Counted from the stretch's first letter, positions 26,396-41,974 are shown. The stretch: 64,000 bases of DNA from Octopus vulgaris (GCA_951406725.2 OX597817.1:62434001-62498000); one strand, 5' to 3'. The notes: generated by a model from the sequence alone, not told the origin. A program made the numbers and translations.

Positions 26396-26805
26396 GGCGT
26401 AGGAGTGGCTGTGTGGTAAGTAGCCTGCTTACAAACCACATGATTATGGGTTCAGTCCCACTGCGTGACAACTTGGGCAAGTGTCTTCTACTATAGCCTC
26501 AGGCCGACCGAAGTCTTGTGAGTAGATTTGGTAGACGGAAACTGAAAGAAGCCCGTCGAATATATGTATATATATATATGTATGTTTGTGTGTGTGTGTG
26601 TTTGTATGTCTGTGTTTATCCCCCCAACATCGCTTGACAACCGATGGTGGTGTGTTTATGTCCCTGTAACTTAGCGGTTCGGCAAAAGAAACCGATAGAA
26701 TAAGTACTAGGCTTACAAAAAATAAGTCCTGGGGTCGACTTGCTCGACTAAAAGCGGTGCTCCAGCATGGCTGCAGTCAAATGACTGAAACGAGTAAAAG
26801 AGAGG
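26396..26805 (+). mobile_element. Full-length tRNA-derived SINE
   Basis: GGCGTAGGAGTGGCTGTGTGGTAAG...GGGTTCAGTCCCACTGCG...internal TA/TG tract...GACTGAAACGAGTAAAAGAG. Confidence 0.85.
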
Positions 26806-29269
26806 GAGTAATTACTTGAAGCCTACCTTTTTTTTCAGAAGCTAGTTTTTTCATGAGGACTTGTGTGGAATTAAATATCAGCGACTTTGTTAATACCACT
26901 TTTGTTTGTACTTGAATTCTTATAGTTATCTCCCTTATTTAAGCCCCTGGTTTTTGCTAGTCGTATTGCTTATCTCCAGATAAGCACACAGAGAGGTGCA
27001 AGCTTATGAGCCAAGACATCTAACCCAAGTTTATCACACTGTTTGTTTGCTTATATTTTGATAATCTTCAGTTATAATTTACCTAGCTCTACTATTATGC
27101 AATGTCCTTGCGCTTTTCAATGTGGTAATATTGTTTGAAAAATATTTGGCTGCTCTTTCTAGGAGCTACTTGGAACCAATTCCTATGCAAATGGTCTTCA
27201 TCATCATGAGGAGGAGGATAACCCGGATGATTTCTTCCATTGGCAATGGTCTCGCATCTTTATTGGAAATGCACTGGCCATTGAAATGATCCAAGTCTAT
27301 AACTAATTATTGTGTTGAAGCATTTAGTTCCGCCTGTTCCTATTTCTATCCTGATCTTAAATCCGATGATACCCACTTATCTTTTTATCTCAATACGAGA
27401 TACGTTTCTAGCAAATTGAGATTGATTATTAGCTCCAACATTCAGCTGAAGCTGTCCTAAGTCATTGAAGCTGATAATTTCTTTAAGAAAGGCATAAATC
27501 TTTAAAATCTAATTATTTCTCCCTAAGCCACATGACATCTTTAACTAGTTAAAATTAAAGCATATTAATTACTTTAACCACACGCATTTGTATTAAATAA
27601 CTATTTCTAAGAAGCTAATTTGAAATATTAATAATCACTATGTGTCTAACTTGAGAGAGATCGTTTGGAATTCTGCGAAATATAGAAATCTCGCTTTGCT
27701 AATAATGAATTCTCATTAGGGAATTTATATTTAAACCATTAAATTTCCCCCTATATTTCAAGCTTATGAAATATATAATATAATTTCTTCTATTTTAAGA
27801 TAATATGATTTCTTCTTCAGAGAAATATAAATATTTGCTCAAAAATCAATTCTTCGATGATGACTATTTCTGAAAATTATCAATAAATGTATTAAAATCG
27901 AACTTAAATATTTCGATGAAAATAAAATAGTATCCACAATAGATCTTGCAGTTTTACTTTATTTTCATTTTCTTGTTATTGATTTCGAATTTTATTATTT
28001 TTGTTATTTTTGCTTCAACCTGATGTTCGAATTATCATAAAAATTAACTTTTATATTAAACCATATTTTTTAATGACGTTTCCATGAATTAAGCATTGAT
28101 GCATTGCTATGGAGTATGCCGTTTTCCATTTCTTCTTATATTTTATGTATTTATTTCCCGAAAGGATGCTTTCACGAGTATTTCTACATCACAAACAACA
28201 ATATTGTTTACGTCTTCCACGTTATCTTCTCTGCGTTTCAAAAGAAAACTCACCTACTATCAAGAGTTATCTGAAGCGCCTACTCCATTACTTTATCGTT
28301 TATAACATTTCAGGTGGTTCATCTTCAGCCAGAGGCTCATTACAGGAACTAAAAAACAAAAAAGATTATAAAAAGAAAATTCAAACGAACAAACAAGCAA
28401 AATATTGGCTGGCGACATGACACCGAGAAAAATGCCAATTAATTATTTAATATCGATATTTTTATTCAAACATCGTTCTAGAGGCTTCTACTAACAAGAA
28501 AATTTAAATTAGAAAATCTTTTCACTCTAAATTTTATTTCCTTAGACTCGTACAGTTGAAACGACAGATAATAATTCATGAAGTGTCGAGAAATATGCCA
28601 CACAATTAAATATCTCCCGAAGCCTACTATAACAACGAAAGGAAGGGTGTATATATAAGCTGACAACTAACTCATTATTCGGTTTCTATCACTTCATTTT
28701 AATAATTTTTTTCCTCGGAAGCATTTTGAAGTCTTTGTAAATGTTTATATAAAAGTACAAAAATTGCACAAATCTAATGACACTGGTTGTCTCAAAATAT
28801 ACATAAGATTTTCTCTCTAACACTAATTATCTCCATTTATTTAGAAATTAATTAGAATGTTATTCCAATTTAGTAATTAATCAGGCGGTTGTAAGCCTAT
28901 TACAACAAGCTTTCTCCTATGCCACAATAGTAGTGTAATTCCTTTTTCTTCAATTATAATTTCAATTAAACATTTGACTCTTCTCGCCTCTCCTACTAGT
29001 CACTACTTCACAATTATAATGCAGATTAATTTATTTCCATGAATACTGCACATTTTGGTGTATTTACAAAAGCACTAGTATCCAGTACCAAATGTGCCTC
29101 TATTGAATGTATCAGCTAACTCACCGTCCTTGCCTTCGTTACCTCACTGTCATTGCTTTGGTTGTCTCACACTGATTATATTAATGTATGGAAATGTCGT
29201 TCATCTTTACTCGATTCATATTTCGATGTGTCGTGTTAAACATTAAATTCACGTAGTTGTATGGCATAA

Positions 29270-29410
29270 AATGGTCTTTCCAACCACATGGTTCTCGTTT
29301 CAGTCCCACTGCGTGGAACTTAGGCCAAGTGTCTTCCACTATAGCTCAAGACTGACCAATGCTTTGTGAGTGGATGCGGTAGACGGAAATTGAAAGAAAC
29401 ACGTCGTACA
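29270..29410 (+). mobile_element. Truncated tRNA-derived SINE running into a microsatellite
   Basis: Homologous to the 5' half of 26396. Confidence 0.7.
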
Positions 29411-29464
29411 TATATATATATATACATATATATACACTAACACACACACAAATACACACACACA

Positions 29465-29543
<79 letters not shown>

Positions 29544-29554
29544 TGTGTGTGTGT

Positions 29555-29591
<37 letters not shown>

Positions 29592-31174
29592 ATGTGTGTG
29601 TGTGTGTATTCAGTTAAAAATCCTTCATCACGGTTACAGTCTAATGACAGAAGCAAGATAAAATAATAAAACAAAATCTTTGTTTCTGTATTTTGTTTTT
29701 CATAACATACTATCACAGTTAATACCTTCCTCTTCCTGCCCCTGTTAGTATCTCCCAACGACATATTTCATTCTCCATTATATCATATGTATATACATAT
29801 GACAGTAAATATTCCTTAACACACATTTCTACCGCATCTTCCACTTTAAAAATCAAATCATATGGACTTCTTACCAGAGAGACTACTATTTTAGAGGAGG
29901 GAATATTTGATTAGATCATCTCTTGTATTTCACTTGTATTAATACTATCGATCCCAGATATTGATGTCAAATTCAATCTGTATAATACTGGAAATAAGAA
30001 ATTAAATGATTGCAAATAAAAAAAAGGTAAATACTATTTATTGGTCGCTCCACTAATTTTGCCAATGCGTTGATCTTGGTGAATCTCCTTCTAAACATGC
30101 CCTTTATCTGAGAGGTTCTGATAAATGTTATTAATAATAGGCTGATATCTTGTCTGGAATGGTAGTGTATCTACCTTTTTTTATCTGATTCACGAAATGG
30201 AAATGCCCTGAGAGCTCCTACATTTTCAAACAGGCTACACTTAGCAGCCAAGTCAACCTCCCTAAATTACACCCTTGAAATTACAGTCTTTCAAAAGGGA
30301 GACTCACTTTCGATAATGATTTCTATATACACATTTTTTGCGCGAGTAATTAATGTGCATGAATATAAATATGTTCAAATTCCGCTCACGTCAGTTTTGC
30401 CTTTCACCATTTTGGAGAGCATAAAATTAAGTACCGGTTAATAAACGGGATCGATGGTATCCACAAACCGTCTCGCTTCGCGTTTGCTGGCCATTTACTT
30501 AAATCACAAACAATATTAGAGATGAATGAAAAATGTGCTAGGAGATTCATTAGAACGTCACACAAAGTATTTTGTGGTATTTGTTGTGTCTCGTTGTTAT
30601 GTTCTAAGTTCAAATTCCGCTCCTGTCAACTTTATCTTTCATGATTCCAAGGTCGAATAATTCAATTATACATCAGCTACTAGGTTTCCTAAAATCGACA
30701 ATTCCTAATTGATATCATAACTGAGGTAATAAAAAGAATAAGTTTCTCGTCTTTGACACTGTTTTGCCCCATGACATTGCTGACTGAATAAGGGTAAAAC
30801 CCATTAGCCGTGATGGGCTTGGTCCCCATTCAACTAGTCTATAGAGAAATACCATAAGTTCAATTGTCGTGGGTAATAAAAAATATCACTCTGAGCCCAG
30901 TTTTCACTGTTAACTTATAAAAAGAATGGTAATGCCCACGAACTTTTCTTCTTGCGGGGACTCCAAAACTGGTTAGAAATAAGGGAGAAAGTAATTTTAA
31001 AAGTGGAGGCCCAGTTCTAGGCTCTCTTAAAGGCGCTAGAGAACTAGGTTGTGGTGTTAAACTGGATGACGGATCATGTTTATAGTTTAAGGACTGCAAG
31101 CATCATGAGACATCCGACTGACTATAAAATTCTTCCAGTCCACCATTCTGCACAGAAAACCAAAGTAATTACCG

Positions 31175-31497
31175 TATTCTTTTATTTGTTTCAGCCATTT
31201 GACTGCGGCCATGTTGGAGCACCGCCTTTAGTTGAGCAAATCGACCCCAGGACTTATTCTTTGTAAGCCTGGTACTTATTCTATCGGTCTCTCTTGCCGA
31301 ACAGCTAAGTGACGAGGATGTAACCACACCAGCATCGGTTGTCAAGCGATATTGGGGGGACAAACATACACAAGGCTTTAGTCGTCAGCCCGAGGCTATA
31401 GTAGAAGACACTCGCTCAAGGTGCCACGCAGTGGGACTGAACCCAGAACCATGTGTTTGGTAAGCAAGCTACTTACCACACACCCACTCCTGCGCCT
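31175..31497 (-). mobile_element. tRNA-derived SINE with an internal deletion
   Basis: Homologous to 21938-22327. Confidence 0.8.
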
Positions 31498-32426
31498 ATA
31501 GTATGCGAATTTTTCTTATGCTCTAACGGCTCAGCCAATTCGCTGTCCATTATACATGGAGTCAAAAACTACTTATTTCAGGGGAGATAAGTAGTGTTGA
31601 CTCTATGTATTTTAGGCAAGTAAATTCAAGTAGATTCACTTGGTTACAACTGAAGTCAAACATCCTCTTTCTTTCTCTACTTCACCATCAAATGATAGAT
31701 TAAGGATCCAAAAATAATCGATTTTCACTCCCTATTATAATAAACAGTCCTGTTTGAGTACACTTCTGAATGGTCAAGTGTTTTCTAGTCATGTCGACTA
31801 TTCTTTCTTTCGTCATTCAATATATTCTTTTTATTTCTAAAATACTAATGTAAGATTCCAATGAGATTTGGTTAACTGCTGTTTCCTTGTAGGTCAAACA
31901 ACCACATAGAGACACGTTCATTGTCTGCGGTATAATTGTTGAAACGGTATGGTATCTACGTCTGCCAAATAAATCCTGCAGTTACAATGTACGAACCAAT
32001 ATTCTCAGGGTCAAAGATCAAATTATTTTTCAGACGTTATACTTGGTAGGATATCATATTTGTTATCGATTGATAAATAGCACGAGATAAAACGACTACA
32101 GAAGTGCAATTTAATTGTCGAACGTGTTGTTGCTGTTATTGTTAAATACGAATGTTACAACTGATATTAATAAAATGACGGGACACCAAAATAATCCATA
32201 CATTATATTTTGTTAGAGGCGCTATTTTGGTGGTACTAAATACAGTTTACAAGAAATGATAATTCTGAAGAAGAAGAAGAAGAAGAAGAAGAAGAAGAAG
32301 AAGAAGAAGAAGACGAAAGACTTTTTACTAATATTGTTGCAATGTTTAGATACATAAAATAGTCTATATTTTTCTGCATCTCAATATATATATATAGATA
32401 TTCATATATATATGTATGTATGCATG

Positions 32427-32830
<404 letters not shown>

Positions 32831-33473
32831 TCGAATGTCTCAAGTAAAGGCTCATACAGTAAATACTTACAACTCTCTACGTTATGAGATCAAATATAAT
32901 CTAAGCGAACCTACAGTCATTACATACTACAGATATTTGATAGGTTCATTAAATCATAGCGCTTCTGCCATTTTACCGTTTCAGAATTCTTTCTACCTCA
33001 ACATCATCTTAATCCCAAAACTGTGAAAACTCTAATTGTCTGTGCCAAACTTAGTTGTGTAATGCACCAAGTTTATAGAATGTGTAGCATTTATGTGGAA
33101 TGTATGTCTAATCCCTGTTGTAATTAAGAAACACTATACCAACTTTAGCAAACTAAGTTGAATCAAAATCATAATCAAAACATTTATGGACTTTTCGACA
33201 TATTTCATTTTCATTTACAAGGTTTAATTGAGTATTTATTTCTTTTTATTCTATTACACGTTTCAGTCGTTTGACTGCGGCCATGCAGGAGCACTGCATT
33301 TTATACTGGAGATTCAATAAACAACCGCGATGCTGTGAATCTTTAGTTTTAATACGCGGTGTGACAAGTGTTGTGCAGGTGGATTTCGACAGAAAATGTA
33401 TAGAGGACCGCTTCCATTTTTGTTGAAGAGGACTGTGGTGAAGACTGTTAAGTTGATCTTTTTTTTCCTTCAA

Positions 33474-33523
<50 letters not shown>

Positions 33524-33897
33524 CATCATTATTTTTTATTATTATTATTATTATTATTATTTTTTTATTATTATTATTACATGATTTAATGTCATTCATT
33601 AATTCAAATTCTTGTGACTAAATTACAAGATGGTGGAAATAATGGTCACAAATGTTTTCTTATTAAATTGACTTTGTATCGTTTAGCTTTCTTTTCTTTT
33701 CTTTTTGTTTTTAATGTTAGTGTTGATTGTAATTCTGGCAGTCGTTAGAGGAGAAAAAAAACACACAATAATAAATGATAAAGCTGCAGGGAGCGAAAGA
33801 GGGGCAACAAAAGAAGAAAACAAAGTAATGAGATGAATAATCTGGGAAATGGTAATATCAAGGATAGATGGTAAGTAAAATAATAGAAGTTTGTATG

Positions 33898-33939
<42 letters not shown>

Positions 33940-33940
<1 letters not shown>

Positions 33941-34092
33941 TTTATTTAAAGCAGCAGAAAATTCAACAAAACCTGTTACTCTGAGTAACAGGTTTTGTTG
34001 AATTTTCTGCTGCTTTAAATAAAGCATATTACTCTACCACTGGTATTTGAGTACTCTTTTTCCACCTTGTTTCACATTTATGTGTTTACTCC

Positions 34093-34094
<2 letters not shown>
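33940..34094. mobile_element. TA-flanked perfect palindrome (42-bp arms, 1-nt loop) plus ~70-bp tail
   Basis: CTTTATTTAAAGCAGC...GTTACTC-T-GAGTAAC...GCTGCTTTAAATAAAG; same family as 50115-50352. Confidence 0.9.
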
Positions 34095-34183
<89 letters not shown>

Positions 34184-35368
34184 TATATATAAATATATAT
34201 GCTGAAAGAGAGAGAGAGAGAGAGAGAAAGAAAGAAAGTAAGAACGAAAAAAAGAAACAAAGAGGCAGGAGAAGACGTAAAAAAATTCAATGGTTACAAT
34301 AATAACGATAACACGGAATTAGAAACAACACGCGTTATAGACGAGGAAGATTATTTTCAGTGCCATATAGGTGGATCAGGTAGACAAAGGATGGAAGGAA
34401 TGGGATGATAAGATCTAAACTGAGGATAGAATTATCATTGAAAAGGTAAGAAAGAAGTATCACAATCAGAGTAATAACAGTAGAGGAGATGTAGAAGTGA
34501 AAGATGGAAGAGTGAAATAATAAAGTTCAAAAGTTCGAAAGATGGGAAATAAATACAGAAAGAATCTGTTTGCCATTACTATGATTATTAACACCTTTCG
34601 AGAAGGCCTGAATGTCAGGGTTTCTTTACAATAAAACAAATGAATTTACTATTATTTACAAAACAACGATTGTGTGAAACACATACCTAAGTATAATATT
34701 TTCTATTACCTCGTTCTTGTTTCAAATAGCTGTAAAGATCACTAGGCTATTTAGCTATTAGATACTGTAAATATTTTGGGTGTAACATAAACCGAGGTGT
34801 GTTATTTTCAACAGCCTCAATCCTGTTTCAAATCTTGCTAGAGTCCATAAAGATTTTTAACTATTGGATGCCATGAATTACTTTTGAATGTACCCGGTGC
34901 TTTTTAAAATTTTAATCCAACAATCAAAAGTAAAGTTTATATAACCTTCGTAAGTCTTGTGGTATTTTTTTCAAATGATGCCAGGTCTGAACACCTACAG
35001 AATTGTGTCTACGAAACACAGAAAAAGAATCCTTCATAAGAATTCTAAATCAGAAACTAAACCGGGAAAATCAGTACACCTCCTAAAATCATATCCTTTA
35101 TACAGATTACACGAGTGTTTGAATATCTGTATACAACGAAAGTGATTCCACAATATGAACACGTCTTTGTAAAAGATTTGCTGGGTTTTTTTATAATTGT
35201 TGTGATTTTAAACCGGGTGATGTCTTAATTTGGCTTGTTTTCTCATTTGAGTCACCCTTCAAACAAAATCAGATGTCTTGTCAGAAATATATTTACATTT
35301 TATGGCAGCAAAGGAAAGTAGATTTATGAAATTCTCCTAAAACGCGAACATTTCATTTTTGTGGTGTA

Positions 35369-35789
35369 TATATTTCTTTACTGCCCATAAGAGACTAAAC
35401 ATAGAAGGGACAAACAAGGATAGACAAAGGGATTAAGTCGACTACATCGACCCCAGTGCGAAACTGGTACTTTATTTATCGGCCTCGAAATGAGGAAAGG
35501 CACAGTCGACCTCGGCGGAATTTGAACTCAGAACGTAACAACAGACGAAATACGTATTTCTGTACTTCTCACAAGGTGCTAAACACAGAGGAGACAAACA
35601 AGGACAGACAGACGGATTAAGTCGGTTATATCGACCCCAGTGCGTAACTGGTACTTAATTTATCGACCCCGAAAGGATGAAAGGCAAAGTCGACCTCGGC
35701 GGAATTTGAACTCAGAACGTAATGGCAGACGAAATACGGCTACGCATTTCGCCCGGCGTACTAACGTTTCTGCCAGCTCACCACCTTTG
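35369..35789 (-). mobile_element. Multimeric Nin-domain SINE with a 13-bp TSD
   Basis: Two-plus units; TTTTTGTGGTGTA at 35356-35368 and 35790-35802. Confidence 0.85.
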
Positions 35790-36422
35790 TTTTTGTGGTG
35801 TACATCACTACTACACAAGGTGGTGGTCCGCGAGCCATCAGCTGCCGGTACGCGGCGAATTTCCAGAAAAGAAAGAAACATTATAAAATGCTTATGTACT
35901 TTGTATTATTTGTTTACAAATTCAATGTAAGATAAGAGAAATTGTCAACTTATATTATATTCATTGTTTCCGATATAATTTAATATTACAAAGAAATATT
36001 ACCGGCACTTGCACAGGAAAAAACAACTGGCGGTACGCTGCATCATATAGTTTGAGAATTAAGTTTATGAATGGTGATATTACTATATATTATAACAATG
36101 TAAGTGAATACTTTTATGTACGGATATCATATTGATCTACGAATAACCTAAGGCCCTATAAGAACATTGAATATATGAGACTAAAACTAAATTTATAACT
36201 GAAATGTGATTATAGATATCAAAGTATACAGCGTGAATTCACGAGACACCTCTGCATCTGCAAAGTTGCAGGGAATTAATCCACATAAATTTAAAGTTAC
36301 CTCCCGCGACATGTTGCGGTCTTGTGCACTTTTAGCTCTTAGTAACTACATAACTTGTTTTGAAGAACGAAGACAACTGTCTGTGCTTACGTCCACCTAC
36401 CTACTCTCTTCTCTTACTCTGA

Positions 36423-36485
<63 letters not shown>

Positions 36486-36569
36486 AGAAATATATACATA
36501 TATATAATTATATATGTATATTCATATGTACTTTTATTTCGAATATATACACAAATTCACACACACACG

Positions 36570-36619
<50 letters not shown>

Positions 36620-36738
36620 CACGCAAACATACATGCACGGTCACTCAATGGTAATCAAACATAAAGATATACACACGTTCGCAGCTGCTCAGAAAACATG
36701 ATATATATTTAAACTATGTATGTTTTTCAAATGTGTTT

Positions 36739-36813
<75 letters not shown>

Positions 36814-36853
36814 ATTTATGTATATATTCAGAATAAAGTGTATACACATAAAC

Positions 36854-36898
<45 letters not shown>

Positions 36899-36901
36899 TA
36901 T

Positions 36902-36997
<96 letters not shown>

Positions 36998-37316
36998 TGC
37001 ATCATATATGAATTCTTCGTGCCTACGTGAAATAACTTCAATATCATCACTATTGATATTTTTGCTTAATTCAAGAACTGTTGGCGCCGTTTTGCTTCAT
37101 TTTTGTTCTTTTCATTTAATCACGAAAGAGACTCGAATACGCATAAATACGCTTACTGAGATACTAATTTCGGCTTTATCTTCATAGCCATTTAATTTAT
37201 AACTGATTCACTTTAGTACTCTTCCTGGAAGTACATTAAGATATTTCATTGTCCTACGGGACTTGGGACTTGAGACTTCAGGGATGTATTTTCTAAATGA
37301 GTATACTTGTGTATGC

Positions 37317-37376
<60 letters not shown>

Positions 37377-37904
37377 ATTTATATATATAGATAGATAGAC
37401 ATACGCGTGTGTGTGTTATATATATATATATATATATATATTCTCACACACACACACACTTATACACAAACTCACAGGCACCCTGTAAGTTGCGTGGCTT
37501 ATTGCTTCGGATATTCGTCTCACGATCATAAGGTTGCGATTTCGATTCCTGTCGACGTATTGTTTCCTTCGTCAAACTGCTTATATTTCACTTTTGCTCC
37601 AGTCTGTATTTTTTACGTTAATTTTCTTACTATGTTTTAGGCACATGTCAAAACTGATCGAGAAGATCTATAGTCAAATGGCGTTCCAGTCGCGATCATT
37701 CGATAATCTCCCGTGTCACACATGTATCAATGACCACACCAGTAAATAGATCTCTTTTTTTGATATTGCTGTTGTTGTTGTTTTAGTTTGTTTCAGGAAT
37801 ATCCTTGCGTGTGTTACTTCTAGGGCAAGTGATCACTTATAGTGTGCCCTACAGATTTTTGTTTAAGCAACAGAAATATATATCTTTGTTACTGTTCCTT
37901 ACCG

Positions 37905-38095
37905 AGGCGGACTCGTGGTCGGAGAATCGCGGTTTCGTTTCCCAGACCGGGCGTTGTGTGTGTGTTTATTGAGCGAAAACACCTAAAGCTCCACGAGGCT
38001 CCGGCAGGGTGTGGTGGCGACCCCTGTTGTACTCTTTGGCCCAACTATCTCTCACTCTCTCTTCCTGTTTCTTGAGTAACGCTGCGATGGACTGA
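37905..38095 (+). mobile_element. tRNA-derived SINE fragment
   Basis: GGTTTCGTTTCCCAGACCGGG B-box-like sequence; similar to 24778. Confidence 0.65.
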
Positions 38096-39289
38096 CGTAT
38101 ATTGAACTACGTGTAAACAACAATTGCAACAACGACTCACACTGAGTGCGTTCAGTTTACACCTGTAAGTAGAGGAAACTGATTATAAGTAGGGGAGGAG
38201 CATCGTCGATCAGTATTGACTGTTGATCTGCACATGTGTATGAAAGATCTGGGCAAGACAAAAGTCTGGCCCACACATATAGTTTCAAAGTACCCACACC
38301 ATTGATGCTTCTCCAAGGAGAATAGCACTAATAAAGATTGAGATTAATGTTAAGGCATGCATGGCCGTAGAAGCACAAGGAATCATAACATATAATGAAA
38401 GGCATTTTGTACGGCGTTCTAACAATCCACTTGGATTGGTAGTTTTTTACCATTTGACCTCGAAAGGACGAATACCAAATATTTATACTTCGCTGAGATT
38501 TGAAGTCAAAGCACAGAGAGCCAGAGCAATTGCCAAAATTCATTCTACCCACCTGTCTAACAACTCCTCTAATTCCCCGCCTCATGATTAATGCATGAGA
38601 AAATAAATGGAGATGGCAGGATGTCAGACGAAGAGGCCATGCAAAAGTAGATCTTATCTCTTTATTTCCATTCATGAGATGAAATACTCATAGGAGTGAC
38701 ACAGTTGAATGCATTCTATAAAGCTATTGACCCCAAGGGATACTATTTGATAATCCGATTTTACCAGTATGGGACAATTCGTTGTGGCAATCATTCACGT
38801 AAAAGACGAATAGCTCTCTCCCAAATTTAAAGCGTTATGCCATATATCTATGTCTAAAATAAATCTATGGACCTATGTCTCTGTGCAGATTGTAATCTAC
38901 CGGACTATGAAGGGTAATTTCACTTTCCGATTAAGCCATTTCAATAAACTCACATCTAGAACCGACAATTTCTAGTCGTAGACTAAAAACCTCGGTGAGG
39001 TGTCAAGTACCTCCGTGATTTGACAAGTCTCTTTGTAAAATATATGAAGATTAATTGTTTGATAGCGAAGGTTACTATGTGATGGAGTGAGTGGGATGTA
39101 CGTGTTTCAAACCTCATTTGCTGGAGTGTTTGCATTGGTAGCACATAAAATTCGTTCCCTAATTGTTTTCCGTGCCTACGTAGTCGCAATCAGATCCAGT
39201 CACACCTCCTCCCCGTCCCATCCTATGCTTGATTTACTTTTGAGTATTGCAGGTGGCATAGACGGTTGTATTAATACTAGATAAACACT

Positions 39290-39508
39290 AAGGCGGCGAT
39301 CTGGCAGAAACATTAGCAAACGGGCGAAATGTTTAGCAGTATTTCGTCTGATTTTACGTTCTGAGTTCAAATTCTGCCGAGGTCGACTTTGTCTTTCATC
39401 ATTTCAGGGTCGATAAATCAAGTACCAGTTGCGTACTGAGGTCGATTTAATCGACTGGTCCCTTCCCCAATACATTTCGGGCCATGTGCCTAGAGCTGAA
39501 AAGAATAA
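39290..39508 (+). mobile_element. Nin-domain SINE monomer
   Basis: AAGGCGGCGATCTGGCAGAAAC...TTTCATCATTTCAGGGTCGATAAATCAAGTACCAG...TGCCTAGAG. Confidence 0.8.
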
Positions 39509-39739
39509 TAGACACTCGTTTTCAGACCAGCGGAATAGAGCAACGGGAAATGATGTGTGATACTGAAGGGCACAACATGCTGCATTGCATGGAACAGGGA
39601 CCGAACACACAAGTTTACGACATCGTGATCCCTATACAGAGACCACGAGGCCATGGGCGTGCGTGCGTGTATGTGTGTGTGTGTGTGCTTGTAAGTATGT
39701 GTACCAAAATTTGTCAAAGATCGTTCATTAGACATAGGT

Positions 39740-39962
39740 TCCTGAGACCGGTTTCCCAGATTTACATATGGGGTTTATATATTACCACTCTCCTAGATAG
39801 GACGTCGGTTTAGCGTAGAGCTATTCAATTTGGCCAGCTGAGCGGACCGAAGCAACACGAAGTGACGCGTTTTACTCAAGGGACACAACGCATCGCCCTC
39901 AAGGAATCGAAACCAAAATCTTCTGATCATGAGCGCAACACTCTAACCACTAAGCCACGCGC
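39740..39962 (-). mobile_element. tRNA-derived SINE, diverged
   Basis: Minus-strand GCGTGGCTTAGTGGTTAGAGTGTTG...GGTTTCGATTCC A/B boxes. Confidence 0.6.
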
Positions 39963-40126
39963 TTCCTTGTGCGTGCGTGTGTCTGTGTGTATGTTTCTGT
40001 GTGTGTGTTCGTGTGTGTGTGCGCGTGTGTGGGTCTATAGACAGACAGACAGACAGACAGGCAGGCAGACAGACAGATAAATAGCTAGCTAGATAGATAG
40101 ATAGAGAGAAAGAGAGAGAGAGAGAG

Positions 40127-40218
<92 letters not shown>

Positions 40219-40351
40219 TGATTGAGGGACGCACAATCGCGCAGTCACATAGATACTCACAGAATGGCAGTGTGACAGCGAGCTTGAAACGAAGGATATC
40301 CAAACATATTCTTGCACATACATAATCATACAGGTTATATATATTTATATA

Positions 40352-40957
40352 CTAGCTGAGTAGCTCGTCGTTACCAGGCAATAGTTACAATAAAATGTGT
40401 TATATAAAATTTTGTTTATTCCGTGTTAGACTATGATCGATAGGCCACTTGATCAGGACAGATTTGTGCAATTTTTCGCAGAAAATGTTCGTTGAGCATT
40501 TGCTTTCGTTTTTAAATTATTTACAAGTCTGTTCGACCGTTTCATATGACTTTATTCATTAAAATAGAGGTTCTTATAACTTTGGTCGTAGTAATGCTTT
40601 GCTTTCGTTTGTTTGATAAACATTCTTCCTCCTAATGATTTTGCTTTCATTTTGTGAAAGACAGCTATCATGCAGAAAATGCCAGCTATAACTTTGTCCT
40701 CCTCTTCCGTGACATAAGTCACCCTCAATCTGCTTATGCGTTTCCTTCAGACTTATAGTTTTTTCACCCTTCTGATTTTATCGTATAATTCTCCCAATCT
40801 CCTGGGTGCACATTATACGTTTTTATTGAAACCCAATTAGCTTGTTATTGAATTGGATATTAGTGCAACATGTATGCAAAGTTTCATGAATATCGGTTCG
40901 CTGGTTTAAGCACTATGATCGTTAAAAAGAGACAGAAATTGCCATTTAAATATAAGA
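40352..40957 (-). mobile_element. Non-autonomous Helitron
   Basis: The minus strand begins A|TCTTATATTTAAATGG and ends in a GC-rich hairpin-like GCCTGGTAACGACGAGC followed by CTAG|T. AT target, no TSD. Confidence 0.6.
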
Positions 40958-41593
40958 TTTAGTTAATTTTTCAAAAATGAAATTAATGAAATTAACATAT
41001 AAAGGAAAAACAAAACTGATAATCAAATGACCAGAAAGCATACAATTTAATTATTTTCTATTTTAGCGTATCCTGTAACTTATTTCCATTAAAAATATAA
41101 ATAAAAACATTTCTGGTTTACACAGTTTAATTTGTAATTTTAATTAACCTCTTAACTTCCCCACATCTCATGTATGACCCGATAATATCTTCCAGGAAAG
41201 TCAACGATTTTCTCTTTTACAATTTACAAACGAGTTTCGACGTAATTAACTGCTGCTAGACGTGTATTACGTAGCCGTCAATGTCAAACCCTAAGCGATT
41301 TAGTATTCATCTAAGCCCCTACACATACAGTCTAGACGATATCTATTTCTAGACTCATACTAAAATAATCCTGTGATTACAAATCCGAGACACGAATTAT
41401 CTTAGAGGAAGACTAGAAATAATTCGTTCCATACGTATAGAGTTAATTAATACATATAACCTGTGGTGGATAACGGAATTATTCTTCTGCGCTAATTAAT
41501 ATTTTCCGTGATATTCCAGCTTATATTCTACATGATGTCCTGAGTAGGCGTGGATTATAGACTCTGTCTCACTCACTTACACACTCACTTGCC

Positions 41594-41651
<58 letters not shown>

Positions 41652-41768
41652 GTATATGTATGTATATATGTATGTGTATATACATACACACACGTACAGA
41701 ACACAACACACACACACATATATGCATATGAATACATGTGATGTATATATATATATATATATATACAC

Positions 41769-41929
41769 ATCCTCAGTCTTGATCCCAGACTATCAGTGTC
41801 CAACCTGCCGGCGGCTGTGTGCTTCCCGCTTTGAGCTTCGGAGGCACATGCGTTCCCACTGGTGACTGCTGAGACCACAGACTAAGCCTTCATCATCAGA
41901 GATCTATGGACTACCAAGAAAAAGAAGAT
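41769..41929 (+). mobile_element. RTE-clade LINE extreme 3' end with terminal C2H2 finger
   Basis: YQCPTCRRLCASRFELRRHMRSHW* followed by a short UTR ending ATGGACTACCAAGAAAAAGAAGA. Confidence 0.65.
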
Positions 41930-41936
41930 ACATACA

Positions 41937-41974
<38 letters not shown>

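Noticed and set aside
26396-26470. tRNA gene
   Set aside because: The A/B-box head continues into a SINE body and does not form a full cloverleaf.
41790-41865. C2H2 zinc finger as a host transcription-factor exon
   Set aside because: Single finger with no TGEKP linker, followed by a stop and an RTE-like tail; better explained as a LINE 3' end.
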